Assembly (NCBI GenBank): GCA_016933175.1
Contig: JAFGBK010000081.1
Location: 3,640 to 67,639, forward strand
Direction of reading: 5' to 3'
Length of the DNA stretch: 64,000 nucleotides
Source: Candidatus Krumholzibacteriota bacterium
GTDB taxonomy: Bacteria > Krumholzibacteriota > Krumholzibacteriia > JACNKJ01
Both the position numbers and the translations under genes were made by a program. The notes below the pieces were generated by a model, which was given only the letters and a program-made list of their open reading frames with translations, did not search any database and was not told where the DNA came from. This document shows, one piece after another, positions 29,116 to 39,671 of this stretch; the first letter of the stretch is position 1, and the number at the start of each line of letters is the position of its first letter.

Positions 29116-29738
29116 GCCGTCCCTCCTCGCGCCGGGCCGCGCTCCCAGTCCCGGAGCATGCGCGTCAGCAGCTCCAGGGGCAGGCCCATCACGTTGAAGT
29201 AGCAGCCCTCGATGCCGGTGACGAACTGGGCCGCGTGGCCCTGTATGCCGTAGGCGCCGGCCTTGTCGAAGGGCTCGCCGGTGGCCAGGTAGGCCTCGAT
29301 CTCCGCGGCGGCCAGGTCGCGGAAGCGCACCACCGTGCGCGACAGGTCCGCAGCCTCGCGCAGCCGCCCGGGCGCCGGGTCCCACCTGGCCAGGGCCACC
29401 GCCGTCATGACCTCGTGCGCGCGGCCCGCCAGGGCGCGCAGCATGGCGCGGGCCGCGTCCGCGTCCGCCGGCTTGCCCAGGCTCCGGCCGTCGGCCACCA
29501 CCAGCGTGTCGGCGCCGATGACCAGCGCGCCCGGCCGGCGGCGGGCCACCTCGCGCGCCTTGCCCAGGGCGTGACGGCGGGCCGCCGCCTCCGGCGCGCC
29601 CTCGCCGTTCTCCTCGCGATAGGCGCTGGGCAGCACCTCGCAGGCGAAGCCGAGGCCGGCCAGCAGCTCCCGCCGCCGGGGGCTGGCCGAGGCGAGGACG
29701 AGGCCCGCTTGCGCGCGCGCGGACAGGAAGGGGTTCAC
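29112..29738 (-). CDS. maf: Maf family nucleotide pyrophosphatase
   Basis: LASASPRRRELL, GADTLV, DKAGAYGIQG, NVMGLP. Confidence 0.95.
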   Translation of the reverse strand: MNPFLSARAQAGLVLASASPRRRELLAGLGFACEVLPSAYREENGEGAPEAAARRHALGKAREVARRRPGALVIGADTLVVADGRSLGKPADADAARAMLRALAGRAHEVMTAVALARWDPAPGRLREAADLSRTVVRFRDLAAAEIEAYLATGEPFDKAGAYGIQGHAAQFVTGIEGCYFNVMGLPLELLTRMLRDWERGPARGGTA

Positions 29739-30181
29739 GGCGCCTCGCGCTCGAGGATCAGGGTCACGGGCCCGTCGTTGATCAGCTCCACGGCCATCAT
29801 GGCCTGGAAGACGCCGGACGCCACGGGCAGCCCCTCCTCGCGCAGCAGCGCGAGGAAGCGTTCGTAGAGGGCGGCGGCCCGCTCGGGCGGGGCCGAGTGG
29901 ACGAAGCTGGGCCGGCGGCCCTTGCGGCAGTCGCCGTAGAGAGTGAACTGGCTGACGGCCAGCACGCCGCCGCCCGTATCGCGCAGGGAGCGGTTCATCT
30001 TGCCGACGTCGTCGGTGAAGACGCGCAGATCGGCGCACTTGGCGGCCATCCAGCGCAGGACCGCCTCGTCGTCCGCCGGCGCGAAGGCGCACAGCAGCAG
30101 CAGCCCGGGGCCGATCTCGCCCACCGCGCGGCCATCGACGCGCACCCGCGCCTCGCTCACCCGTTGCAGCACCACCCGCAT
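29735..30181 (-). CDS. dtd: D-aminoacyl-tRNA deacylase
   Basis: MRVVLQRV, SQFTLYG, GRRPSF, NDGPVT. Confidence 0.97.
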   Translation of the reverse strand: MRVVLQRVSEARVRVDGRAVGEIGPGLLLLCAFAPADDEAVLRWMAAKCADLRVFTDDVGKMNRSLRDTGGGVLAVSQFTLYGDCRKGRRPSFVHSAPPERAAALYERFLALLREEGLPVASGVFQAMMAVELINDGPVTLILEREAP

Positions 30182-30189
30182 CGGTCCCC

Positions 30190-32388
30190 CTAGATCCGCG
30201 TCACCTCGTGCACGCTCCGCACGCCGCGCAGGCTGCGGATGACCTCGTCCAGCTGACCGAGGTCGCGCACCACGAGGGTGAAGTGGAAGCGCACCTGCAG
30301 GTCCTTCTCGTCGCGGCTGAAGCTGCCGCTGTGCAGGTTGGTGCCGGTGCGCCCGATCCGCTCGGTGAGCTCCGCCAGGAGGTTGGGCCGGTCCGAGGCG
30401 GCGACGACGAGGCCGACGAGGAAGGTCTCCTGCTCGTCCACATCCCACTCCACGTTCACCAGGCGCTCATCCAGCTCCGGCCGGCTGGAGATGTTGAGAC
30501 AGTCCGCCCGGTGGATGCTGATGCCGCGGCCGCGCGTGACGACGCCGATGATGGCGTCGCCCGGCACCGGGCGGCAGCAGCCGGCGAAGCGGATCATCAG
30601 GTTGCCGTGCCCCTCCACGCGCACGCCGCGCACGGACTCGCGCGTGAGGCGGGCGACCTCCTCGTCGCTCAGGGCCGGCCGCTCCCGCGCGCCCGGCTCC
30701 GGCGGGTGGATGCGGTTGAAGACCTGCACGGCGCTGAGGTTGCCGCGCCCCACGCCCTCGACGACCCGCTCGGCGTTCTCCACGCCCAGGGCCTCGGCCG
30801 CCAGCTCCAGATCGTCCTCGTCCGGGTAGGGCTGCTGGTGGCGCTTGAACTCGCGCTCCAGCAGCTCCCGCCCCAGGCTCAGGGACTGCTCCAGCTCCGT
30901 CTCGCGCAGCCGCCGCTTGATGCGGCTGACGGCCTTGGCGCTGCGCACGAAGCTGAGCCAGTCGCGGCTGGGCCGGGCGTTCTTGCGCGTGATGATCTCC
31001 ACCACCTCGCCGCTGGTCAGCTCGTGGCGGAGGGGCACCTGCTTGCCGTCGATGCGGGCTCCCACCGTGTGGTCGCCCACCTCGGTGTGGATGGCGTAGG
31101 CGAAGTCCACCGGCGTGGCGCCGGCGGGCAGGATGTGCAGGTCGCCGCGCGGCGTGAAGACGAAGATGCCCTCCTGGAAGAGGTTGATCTTCAGGCTGGC
31201 CATGAACTCCGAGGGATCCTCGCTCCACTCGCCGGCCTGGATCTCCTCGAGGAAGGTGCGCAGGAAGTCCAGCTCGCGGCCGCTGGCCGGCTCGTCGCGG
31301 CTGATCTCGCCGCCATCCTTGTAGCGCCAGTGGGCGGCGATGCCGAACTCGGCCGTCTGGTGCATCTCGCGCGTGCGGATCTGCACCTCGAAGATGGTGC
31401 CGTCGGGGCCGATGACGGCGGTGTGCAGGCTCCGGTAGCCGTTCCGCTTGGGCGTGGCCACGTAATCCTTGAAGCGCTTGGGCAGGGGCGTGAAGACCGT
31501 GTGGACGACGCCCAGGGCGTGATAGCAGTCGGCCACGGTCTGCGTGATGATGCGGAAGGCGAGCTGGTCGAGGACCTCCTCCGCCTTGAGGTTCTGCGCC
31601 AGCATCTTGCGGTAGATGCTGTAGAAGTGCTTGGCCCGGCCCTGCACGGCGCAGTCGATGCCGTTCTGCTCCATGGCCAGGCGGATGCGGTCGCGCATGG
31701 CCTGGATGTACTCGTCGCGCGACTCGCGGCGGGTGCCCGTGCTCTCGGCCACGCAGGCGTAGGGCTCCGGCTCGAGGTACTTGAAGGCCAGGTCCTCCAG
31801 CTCCCACTTGAGCCGCCCGATGCCGAGCCGGTTGGCCAGGGGCGCGTAGATGTCCATGGTCTCGCGCGCGATGCGCAGCTGCCGCGGCCGCTCGAGGTAC
31901 TCGAGGGTCTGCATGTTGTGCAGGCGGTCGGCCAGCTTGATGAGCAGGATGCGGATGTCCTTGCTCATCTGGAGCAGCAGCTTGCGGAAGTTCTCCGCCT
32001 GGGCCTTCTCCTCGCTGGCGAAGCGCAGGTGGGCGATCTTGCTGACGCCGTCCACCAGCAGCGCCACCGCCGGATTGAACTCCTGGCGCAGGATCTCGAC
32101 GCTGAGCGGCGTGTCCTCGACGGCGTCGTGCAGGAGCGCGGCGGCGATGGCGTTGGAGCCCAGGTTCATCTCGGCCACGGTGCGGGCCACGGCCAGGACG
32201 TGGTCGAAGTAGGGATCGCCGGAGCGCCGCCGCTGGCCGGCGTGGACCGCGCGGGCCCGCCAGAAGGCCCGCTCCACGAGGTCCCCGTCCAGCTGCGGCG
32301 AGTACTGCCGGGCCAGGGCCAGCAGGGCGTCGCGCTCGGCGGCGGCCGCCGCGTCCGGCGCGGTGTCGTGCTCGGAGCGCGCGCTCAC
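30190..32388 (-). CDS. relA: Bifunctional (p)ppGpp synthetase/hydrolase (Rel/SpoT)
   Basis: Intact HD motif (LHDAVED), KLADRLHNM, RFKDY, NGYRSLHT, TGS and ACT domains. Confidence 0.95.
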   Translation of the reverse strand: MSARSEHDTAPDAAAAAERDALLALARQYSPQLDGDLVERAFWRARAVHAGQRRRSGDPYFDHVLAVARTVAEMNLGSNAIAAALLHDAVEDTPLSVEILRQEFNPAVALLVDGVSKIAHLRFASEEKAQAENFRKLLLQMSKDIRILLIKLADRLHNMQTLEYLERPRQLRIARETMDIYAPLANRLGIGRLKWELEDLAFKYLEPEPYACVAESTGTRRESRDEYIQAMRDRIRLAMEQNGIDCAVQGRAKHFYSIYRKMLAQNLKAEEVLDQLAFRIITQTVADCYHALGVVHTVFTPLPKRFKDYVATPKRNGYRSLHTAVIGPDGTIFEVQIRTREMHQTAEFGIAAHWRYKDGGEISRDEPASGRELDFLRTFLEEIQAGEWSEDPSEFMASLKINLFQEGIFVFTPRGDLHILPAGATPVDFAYAIHTEVGDHTVGARIDGKQVPLRHELTSGEVVEIITRKNARPSRDWLSFVRSAKAVSRIKRRLRETELEQSLSLGRELLEREFKRHQQPYPDEDDLELAAEALGVENAERVVEGVGRGNLSAVQVFNRIHPPEPGARERPALSDEEVARLTRESVRGVRVEGHGNLMIRFAGCCRPVPGDAIIGVVTRGRGISIHRADCLNISSRPELDERLVNVEWDVDEQETFLVGLVVAASDRPNLLAELTERIGRTGTNLHSGSFSRDEKDLQVRFHFTLVVRDLGQLDEVIRSLRGVRSVHEVTRI

Positions 32389-34148
32389 GCGGGCACCGCC
32401 CCGGGCTGCAGCTCCACGAGGTGCAGGGCGACGCCGTGCTCGCCCGGCATCCGGCGGAAGCCGTCGCGCGCCACGCGGACGGCGAGGTCGCTCGCGGCGC
32501 CCCGCTCCACGCGCGGCCCCAGGCGCGCGGCCTGGCCGAAGGCGATGGCGCGGAAGCGGCCGCCGCGCGGCGAGCGGAAGTGCAGGCGCAGGTGGGTGTC
32601 CTTGAGGACCTCCGCCGCCAGGGGCACGACGCCGCGCAGCAGCACGAGCGGCTCGGGATTGCCCTCGCCGAAGGGCCCCACGCGCTCGAGGTCGTCCAGG
32701 AAGGGGCGGTCCATGGTTTCGGGCTCCAGGGCCAGGTCGGCCAGCACCGACTGCGGCGGCGGCGGGGCCGCCGCCGCCTCGGCCACGCAGCCGGCGAAGG
32801 CCTCCCAGCGACCGGGCTTGACGTCGAAGCCCACGGCCCGGCGGTGGCCGCCGTGGCGGCGCAGGTGCGCCGCCGCCGCGTCCAGCAGGGCCTTGAGGTC
32901 CTGGCCTTCCGGGCCGCGCCCCGAGCCGCGCGCGTTGCCCGCCGCGTCCAGACCCGCCAGCAGCACGGGCAGGCCGAACTCCTCCACCAGGCGGGCCGCG
33001 GAGATGCCGAGCACGCCGGGGTGCCAGCCCCGGCTGGCCAGGGCCAGAACGCCCGGGCGGTGCCCGCCGGACAGCCGCGCGCGCGCCGCCTCGCGGGCGG
33101 CCGCCGTGACGGACGCTTCCAGCTCGCGGCGGCGGTTGTTGACGGACTCCAGGCGTTCCGCGAGATCCGCGGCCTCGGCGGCGTCCTCGCTGAGCAGCAG
33201 ATCGAGAGCCAGGCGGGGGCTATCCATGCGGCCCGGCGCGTTGAGGCGCGGAGCCAGGCGGAAGGCCAGGTCCCTGGCGTCCAGCTCGCCGGGACGGATG
33301 CCCGCCGTCCGGGCCAGGGCCCGCCAGGCGGGATGGCGGTCGGCGGCGGAGCCGGGGCGGGCCGTCAGGCGCCGGCTCATCTCGGCCAGGCCGGCCGTGA
33401 CCAGGAGCCGGTTCTCCCCCCGCAGCGGCATGACGTCGGCCACCGTGCCCAGGGCCGCGAAGTCCAGCCAGGTCTCGGGCGGCAAAGGGCGGCCGCGGGC
33501 CGCGTGCAGCGCCCGGGCGAGCTTGTAGGCGATGGCGCTGCCGGCCAGGTCGCGGTGGGGATAGCGGCTGTCGGCCCGCAGGGGGCTGACGAAGGCGCAA
33601 GCCGCGGGCAGCTCGGTGGCCAGGTGATGGTCCGTGACGATGGTGTCCACGCCGGCGGCGGCCAGCTCGGCCACCAGCTCGCCGTCGGAGCTGCCGCAGT
33701 CGACGGTGACGACCAGGGTGCAGCCCCGTTCGCGCGCACGGGCCAGCGCCCGCCGGCTGAGGCCGTAGCCGTCCCGGTCCCGGCGTGGCACGAAGGCCTG
33801 GATGCTTCCGGGATCGGCGCCCAGGGCGCGCAGAGCCCGCAGCAGAAGCGCCGCGCCGGTCAGGCCGTCGACGTCGTAGTCGCCGTGGACGAGGATCCGC
33901 TCGCCGCGGTCGCAGGCCGCCAGGAGGCGGTCCACGGCGCGGTCCATGTCGGGCAGGAGCGCGGGATCGTGCTGGTGACGAGCGTCGCCGTCCTGGAGGG
34001 CCTCCCAGGCGGCACGGTCGCGGCAGCCGCGCTGCCAGGCGAGGGCGGCCACGGCCGGATGCAGTCCGAGGTCCGCGGCCAGGCGCTCGCGCTCCGCGTC
34101 GGAAGGCTGCTCGCGCAGGCGGATGGCCGGTGCCGGAGCGGGTTGCAA
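32385..34148 (-). CDS. recJ: Single-stranded-DNA exonuclease RecJ
   Basis: GDYDVDG, TVDCG, TDHH, LGTVADV, PRLNAPGR, GSGR, GGH; likely TTG start at 34148 after AGGAGG. Confidence 0.92.
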   Translation of the reverse strand: MQPAPAPAIRLREQPSDAERERLAADLGLHPAVAALAWQRGCRDRAAWEALQDGDARHQHDPALLPDMDRAVDRLLAACDRGERILVHGDYDVDGLTGAALLLRALRALGADPGSIQAFVPRRDRDGYGLSRRALARARERGCTLVVTVDCGSSDGELVAELAAAGVDTIVTDHHLATELPAACAFVSPLRADSRYPHRDLAGSAIAYKLARALHAARGRPLPPETWLDFAALGTVADVMPLRGENRLLVTAGLAEMSRRLTARPGSAADRHPAWRALARTAGIRPGELDARDLAFRLAPRLNAPGRMDSPRLALDLLLSEDAAEAADLAERLESVNNRRRELEASVTAAAREAARARLSGGHRPGVLALASRGWHPGVLGISAARLVEEFGLPVLLAGLDAAGNARGSGRGPEGQDLKALLDAAAAHLRRHGGHRRAVGFDVKPGRWEAFAGCVAEAAAAPPPPQSVLADLALEPETMDRPFLDDLERVGPFGEGNPEPLVLLRGVVPLAAEVLKDTHLRLHFRSPRGGRFRAIAFGQAARLGPRVERGAASDLAVRVARDGFRRMPGEHGVALHLVELQPGAVPA

Positions 34149-34188
34149 GCGACCTCCTGGACGCGGGGCGGCGGCGCGGAAACGGAAA

Positions 34189-34555
34189 GCGGAAGCGGAC
34201 CTGTAAGCCGAGTTCTGTTCCCCCTGGGGGGCGATGGCCATTTATCTGGGGCCGTCGTTGCCGGCGACCTCGTGCGACCTACCCGGGAATAAAAGGAGCG
34301 GGCCGCTCCATCTTCCCTGCTTGGTCTTGCTCCGGGTGGGGTTTGCCGTGCGACGCCCGTCACCGGGCGCCCGGTGAGCTCTTACCTCGCCGTTTCACCC
34401 TTGCCGGCCGCGGACGAGCCGCGGCTTAGGCGGTCTGTTCTCTGTGGCACTTTCCGTGGAATCACTTCCCCTGGGTGTTACCCAGCACCCTGCCCTGTGG
34501 AGCTCGGACTTTCCTCGGACCCTCGCGGGCCCGCGGCCATCCGGTCCGCTTCCGC
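34189..34555 (-). ncRNA. rnpB: RNase P RNA (type A)
   Basis: GAGGAAAGTCCGAGC, AGTGCCACAGAGAA, GGTGAAACGGCGAGGTAAGAGC, ACAGAACTCGGCTTA; terminal P1 helix GCGGAAGCGGACC/GGTCCGCTTCCGC. Confidence 0.97.
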
Positions 34556-34560
34556 ACGCG

Positions 34561-34590
34561 ATTATAGGGAGTCGAGGGCCTCGTTCGCAA
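34561..34590 (-). promoter_or_regulatory. rnpB promoter
   Basis: TTGCGA, 18 nt, TATAAT; the -10 box contains the RNase HI stop codon. Confidence 0.7.
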
Positions 34591-35161
34591 GCGCGTCCGC
34601 AGCCGCGTTCTCCCCGCGGGGCACGTGGCGCAGGCGCGCGTCGTCGAAGCCGGCCAGGGCGGTCTTCGCCGCCGCGTGGAGGGGCATGAGCCCCGCGTTC
34701 TTCACCTTGTAGCGTCCCTCGAGCTGGCGGATCACCAGCTCGCTGTCCATGGCCACCTCGATCCGCCGAAAGCCCAGGCGGCGGACCGCCTCCAGGCCCG
34801 CCAGGAGCGACCGGTACTCCGCCTGGTTGTTCGTGAGCGTTCCTAGGGCGCGGCCGTGGCGATAGATCTCCTGCCCGTCGAGGCTGACGACGAGACCGAG
34901 GGCGGCGGGGCCGGGATTGCCGCGGCTCGCGCCGTCGCACTGGAGGCGAGCGACGGCCCCCGGCGACAGCGACAGCGGCGCCAGCGCCTCGGGCGGGAGG
35001 GAATCGCCGGCCGCCCCGCGCTCGCCTTTGCCGGCGGCCGCCAGTTCGCCATGGCGCGCCTCCAGCCAGGCCAGGAGCGCGCGGCGCTCCCTCGCGGCGA
35101 GCTCCGGCCCGCCGCCGCCAGCCAGCCAGTCGATGAGGACCCGCAGCGTCGCCGACTTCAC
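34562..35161 (-). CDS. rnhA: Ribonuclease HI family protein with an N-terminal extension
   Basis: DGASRGNPG, TNNQAEY, DSELVIRQLEG.YKVK, HVPRGENAAADALAN. Confidence 0.9.
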   Translation of the reverse strand: MKSATLRVLIDWLAGGGGPELAARERRALLAWLEARHGELAAAGKGERGAAGDSLPPEALAPLSLSPGAVARLQCDGASRGNPGPAALGLVVSLDGQEIYRHGRALGTLTNNQAEYRSLLAGLEAVRRLGFRRIEVAMDSELVIRQLEGRYKVKNAGLMPLHAAAKTALAGFDDARLRHVPRGENAAADALANEALDSL

Positions 35162-35859
35162 GATTCCACCCAGAGGATCAGGCGCCCGCACCCTTGGCAG
35201 TCGAGCACGCGGCCCTTGTGGCGCAGATCCAGGGCGTCCTGGGGCGGCAGGGCCTCGCCGCAGCCGCCGCAGGACCCGTCGCGCAAGGCGGCCACGCAGC
35301 CGTGTCCGTGCTTGCCGAAGGCGCGCTTGTAGCGGCGCGCCAGGGTCGGCTCCAGGCCCGCCAGGGCGCGCTCGCGGTCCAGCCGCGTGCGCTCCAGGGC
35401 GTGACGCTGCAGGGCCGTGTCGCGCTCCAGCTCGCCGAGCTCCCGCTCGCGGGCGGCGTCCGCGTCCCCTTCGGTACTGCGGCGCAGCTCCGTCTCGCGC
35501 TGGAGGATCTCCTGGGACTCGATCTTCTCGAGCACGCGCAGCTCCAGGGACTCGATGCGCGCGGCCAGGGCGTCGATCTCGCGCTGCTTGGCCGCCACGT
35601 GCTCCACGGTGGAGAGGTCCCGCAGCTTGTTCTCCTCGCGGCGCCGGCGATCCTCGATCTCGACGATCTCCCGCTCCAGGCGGCGGATGCCCTGATCCAG
35701 GTCGGCCAGCTCGCTGTCGCGCGCCGCGCGACGCTCGCGCGCCGCGTTCCCCTCGCGGCGCAGGGCGGCGCCTGCCGCGGGCAGCTCGGCCAGGGCGCGC
35801 TCCAGGCGCCGGCACTCGCTGTCGAGGCGGAAGACCGCGACGAGAGCCTCGTTGTCCAT
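35158..35859 (-). CDS. Coiled-coil protein with a C4-type zinc ribbon (DUF164/CT398-like)
   Basis: Long coiled coil, then CGGC...CQGCGRLIL. Confidence 0.88.
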   Translation of the reverse strand: MDNEALVAVFRLDSECRRLERALAELPAAGAALRREGNAARERRAARDSELADLDQGIRRLEREIVEIEDRRRREENKLRDLSTVEHVAAKQREIDALAARIESLELRVLEKIESQEILQRETELRRSTEGDADAARERELGELERDTALQRHALERTRLDRERALAGLEPTLARRYKRAFGKHGHGCVAALRDGSCGGCGEALPPQDALDLRHKGRVLDCQGCGRLILWVES

Positions 35860-35897
35860 GTTCCTCCGCGGAAGGCGGCCGCGGCGCGGCCAGGTGC

Positions 35898-35972
35898 GGT
35901 GGGCCCACCAGGACTCGAACCTGGGACCGAACGATTATGAGTCGCCCGCTCTGACCGCTGAGCTATGGGCCC
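35898..35972 (-). tRNA. tRNA with CAT anticodon, most likely tRNA-Ile2 (lysidine-modified)
   Basis: GGGCCCATAGCTCAG...CTCATAA...GGTTCGAGTCC...GGGCCCA; lies downstream of rpoD; upstream promoter TTGACG-17-TAGCCT. Confidence 0.9.
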
Positions 35973-36076
35973 GCACCCCGAGGCTATCCCCGGCCGCGGG
36001 CCCCGTCAAGCGCGCGTCCGCAGGCGCCGGGGGCGGCAAGGCTTCCCAGCGGGCCGCGGGCGGCCGGGCGGCGCGC

Positions 36077-37831
36077 CTAGTAGTTCTCGATGTAGCCCTT
36101 GAGCTTGCGGGCGCGGCTGGGATGCTGGAGCTTGCGGATGGCCTTGGCCTCGATCTGCCGCACGCGCTCGCGCGTCACCTGGAAGATGGTCCCCACCTCC
36201 TCGAGGGTGCGCGGCGTGCCGTCGCCCAGGCCGAAGCGCAGCCGGATGACCTTCTCCTCGCGCCGCGTCAGCGTGGACAGCACCTTGGACAGCTGGTCCT
36301 TCAGCATGGAGTGGGCCGCCGAGTGGGCGGGGCTGTCGGCGTGGATGTCCTCGATGAAGTCGCCGAGGTTGCTGTCCTCGTCCTCGCCGATGGGCCGGTC
36401 CAGGCTGATGGGCTCCATGCTGGCCTTCATCACGCCCTTGACCTTCTCCACGGGGAAGTTGAGGTAGAGGGCGACCTCCTCCGGCGTCGGCTCGCGGCCA
36501 TACTCCTGGATCAGCTTGCGGCTGGCCCGGCTGACCTTGTTGATGGCCTCGATCATGTGCACGGGCACGCGGATGGTGCGCGCCTGGTCGGCGATGGCAC
36601 GGGTGATGGCCTGGCGGATCCACCAGGTGCCGTAGGTGGAGAACTTGTAGCCCTTGCGGTAGTCGAACTTGTCGACGGCCCGCATCAGGCCGCCGTTGCC
36701 CTCCTGGATGAGGTCGAGGAACTCGAGGCCGCGGTTCGTGTAGCGCTTGGCGATGGAGATGACCAGGCGCACGTTGGCCTCGATCATCTCCTTCTTGGCC
36801 TGCTGGCCCTTGCGCTCGCCGTCTCCGACGCGCTGCTGCAGCGCCTCCAGCTCGGCCCGGCTCACGCCGCGCTCCTTCTCCGCCTGGCGGACCTGCCGCA
36901 GCAGGGTGTGCTCCTTGCGGCGCAGGTCCTCCAGGGCCTGGTAGGTCCACTTGCCCTTGCCGCGGATCTGCGTCGTCTTCCAGCCGCGCTCGCGCATCTT
37001 CTTGAGCAGGCCGCGCAGCTCCTCGTAGCTCAGGCCGAGGAACTTCTCGTAGTGGGCCACCTGCTTGCTCAGCTCGGCGAACTCGCCGTGCATGCCGTCC
37101 AGGCGCTCCACGAGGGCGTCCACCTGCTTGGGCTGGAAGTTGAGGCCGTGGAGCAGGTCCAGGATGCGCTCCAGCCGGAGGTCCAGGGCCTTGTGGGCGG
37201 AGTTCTGCTGCCGGTCCGTCTCGGCCCGGCCCAGCTTCTCCCGGTAGGCGGCGATCTCCTGCTTCAGCTTCGCGATGCGCCGCAGGGAGCGGATGACGGC
37301 CGCGCGGTCGCGCTTCTGCGGCGTGTGGTGCTCCTGGTAGCCGCCCGTGTCCACCTGGATGAGCTCCTCGACGCTGATGGCGCCCTTGCCGAGAGCATCG
37401 ATCCACTCGGCCAGGGCCTCGTCCGAGTAGCGGCTGAGGAAGACGGCCTCGATGACCTGGTGCTTGCCGGCCTCGATGCGCTTGGCGATCTCGATCTCGC
37501 CCTCCCGGTCCAGGAGGGGCACCTTGCCCATCTCGCGCAGGTACATGCGCACGGGATCGTCGTAGCGCATGCTCTGCTGGGCGGCCTGGCTCATCTTCTC
37601 GGAGAGCTTCTTGCGGCGGGCCTCCTGGGCCTTGAGCTTCTCCGCGGCCTCCTCTTCGCTGTCGTAGATCTCGATGCCCAGCTCGGCGAGGCGGGAGTAG
37701 ACCATGTCGACGGCGTCGATGTCGAAGTCCTCGGAGAACTGCTCGTAGATGTCGTCGTGGAGCAGGAAAGACTTCTTCGCCGCCACCTGCTTCAGCGCGA
37801 CGATGATGCGGCTCGACTTGCTCTTGCTCAT
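36077..37831 (-). CDS. rpoD: RNA polymerase primary sigma factor
   Basis: [61 protein letters not shown]. Confidence 0.97.
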   Translation of the reverse strand: MSKSKSSRIIVALKQVAAKKSFLLHDDIYEQFSEDFDIDAVDMVYSRLAELGIEIYDSEEEAAEKLKAQEARRKKLSEKMSQAAQQSMRYDDPVRMYLREMGKVPLLDREGEIEIAKRIEAGKHQVIEAVFLSRYSDEALAEWIDALGKGAISVEELIQVDTGGYQEHHTPQKRDRAAVIRSLRRIAKLKQEIAAYREKLGRAETDRQQNSAHKALDLRLERILDLLHGLNFQPKQVDALVERLDGMHGEFAELSKQVAHYEKFLGLSYEELRGLLKKMRERGWKTTQIRGKGKWTYQALEDLRRKEHTLLRQVRQAEKERGVSRAELEALQQRVGDGERKGQQAKKEMIEANVRLVISIAKRYTNRGLEFLDLIQEGNGGLMRAVDKFDYRKGYKFSTYGTWWIRQAITRAIADQARTIRVPVHMIEAINKVSRASRKLIQEYGREPTPEEVALYLNFPVEKVKGVMKASMEPISLDRPIGEDEDSNLGDFIEDIHADSPAHSAAHSMLKDQLSKVLSTLTRREEKVIRLRFGLGDGTPRTLEEVGTIFQVTRERVRQIEAKAIRKLQHPSRARKLKGYIENY

Positions 37832-37835
37832 CGGC

Positions 37836-39671
37836 TCAGGTCCCTTTCTGCTTGCTCAAGGTCCGCTCGAGCTGCTCGCGCACCTCGCGGATGCCCTGGC
37901 CCACGTGCCGCCACTCGTCCAGCAGCTCCGCAGGCAGCTCGTCGCCGGCCAGCTCCATGGCCTGGACACGGCCCTGGAAGTCCCGATTGCGTCCGATCAG
38001 GTGCCGCAGCTTGAGCCGTAGCGCCCCGGCGCGCACCCAGTCGAGGTCCGGCGCCACCGCCTCCGGAGACGCCAGGAAGGTCAGCTCGTTCACGGCCGCC
38101 TGCGCCGCCGGGTCCGGGAAGAGCTCCCCCAGTTCCCGGGGTGTCGGCGGGCGCCCCAGGGCCAGCAGCGTCCGGCAGATGCGCTCGCGGAGCGGATCGT
38201 CGAAGTGCTCCGGCTCCAGGAGCTCCACCAGCAGGTCGCGGCCCGGCCCGGCCGCGAGCAGGATCCGCAGGAGCAGCTTCTCCTGCCGGTCCCGGGCCTC
38301 GCTCTCGGCGGGCTCCGCATCCTCTGCCGGTACGGTGGCGGCGCGGTCGCGGGCGGCGGCCGCCCGGCCCGGGGCTCGCCGGGCCTGGCCCAGGGCGCGG
38401 CGCAGGACCGCCAGCTCCACGCCGAAGGTATTGCCCAGCTCCTCCAGCAGGGCCTCCAGGTGGAGGTCGCCCGCGGGCATGGCGGCCAGGTCCTCCAGGA
38501 TCCGGCGCACCGCCCGTTCCTTCTCGCCGGGCCGGTCGCCGCGGCCGCGCACCAGCTCCCGCATGAAGCCCATGTAGCCCGGCGCCTCGCGGACCCGCCG
38601 CTCGAAGGCCTCGCGCCCCTCCTGCCGGACCAGGGAGTCCGGATCCTCGCCGGGCGGCATGGTGGTCACGCTGGGGCGCAGCCCCTCGGCCAGCAGGATC
38701 CCGGACGCCCGCACGGCCGCCCGCTGCCCGGCGTCGTCCCCGTCGGTGATGACGCAGACGTGCTCGGTGTAGCGCTTGAGCAGCCGGGCCTGCTCGGCGG
38801 TGAAGGCCGTGCCGCAGACCGCCACCGCCAGGGGGATGCCCGCCTGGTGCAGGCTGATCACGTCGAAGTAGCCCTCCACCAGCAGGGCCAGCTTGGCCCG
38901 CCGAATCTCGCGCCAGGCCCGATCCAGACCGTAGAGGATACCCTTCTTGGTGTAGACCGGACTGTCCGCGCTGTTGATGTACTTGGGGAGGCTGTCGTCC
39001 AGGACCCGGGCGCCGAAGCCCAGGACCCGGCCCGCCACCGAACGCACCGGGAAGAGGATGCGGTTACGGAACGTGTCATAGTAGCCGGGCCCCGAGGCCT
39101 TGCGCTTGACCAGGCCCAGCTCGGCCGCCTTCTCGGGCGGGAAGTCGCTCCCGCCTAGGTGCTCGTGGAGCTGGCGCCACGCCTCCCGCGCATAGCCCAG
39201 CTGGAAGTTCCGGACGCTCTCGTCGCCGATGCCGCGCTGGCGCAGATAATCCAGGGCCCTCCGCCCCGGCTCGGAGCGGGTCAGCTGCTTGTGATAGAAC
39301 TCGGCGCTGGATTCGTTGATCCGATAGAAGAGATCGTGGCGGCTTTTCTCCCCTCCCCCTGAAAACGCCGCCTCCACGGGTACGCCGGCGCGCTTGGCCA
39401 GGTGGATCACGGCCTCGCGGAAGCCCAGACCCTCCTGTTCCATGACAAAAGAAAACACATCACCGCCCCGGTGGCAACTGAAGCAGTAGTAGTTTTGCCG
39501 CTCCGGGCTGACGTTGAAGCTGGGATGGCGCTCGTGGTGGAAGGGGCACAGTCCCTGGAAGTTGCTGCCCACGCGCCGCAGCTTGATGTACTGGCCCACC
39601 ACCTCGACGATGTCCGAGGCGGCGCGGACCCGCTCCTTGAAATCGCTGTAGTCAGCTCTTGGTCTGCTCAT
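37836..39671 (-). CDS. dnaG: DNA primase
   Basis: CPFH..CFSC zinc finger, KYINS, VEGYFDV, Toprim DGDDAG, DPD. Confidence 0.96.
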   Translation of the reverse strand: MSRPRADYSDFKERVRAASDIVEVVGQYIKLRRVGSNFQGLCPFHHERHPSFNVSPERQNYYCFSCHRGGDVFSFVMEQEGLGFREAVIHLAKRAGVPVEAAFSGGGEKSRHDLFYRINESSAEFYHKQLTRSEPGRRALDYLRQRGIGDESVRNFQLGYAREAWRQLHEHLGGSDFPPEKAAELGLVKRKASGPGYYDTFRNRILFPVRSVAGRVLGFGARVLDDSLPKYINSADSPVYTKKGILYGLDRAWREIRRAKLALLVEGYFDVISLHQAGIPLAVAVCGTAFTAEQARLLKRYTEHVCVITDGDDAGQRAAVRASGILLAEGLRPSVTTMPPGEDPDSLVRQEGREAFERRVREAPGYMGFMRELVRGRGDRPGEKERAVRRILEDLAAMPAGDLHLEALLEELGNTFGVELAVLRRALGQARRAPGRAAAARDRAATVPAEDAEPAESEARDRQEKLLLRILLAAGPGRDLLVELLEPEHFDDPLRERICRTLLALGRPPTPRELGELFPDPAAQAAVNELTFLASPEAVAPDLDWVRAGALRLKLRHLIGRNRDFQGRVQAMELAGDELPAELLDEWRHVGQGIREVREQLERTLSKQKGT

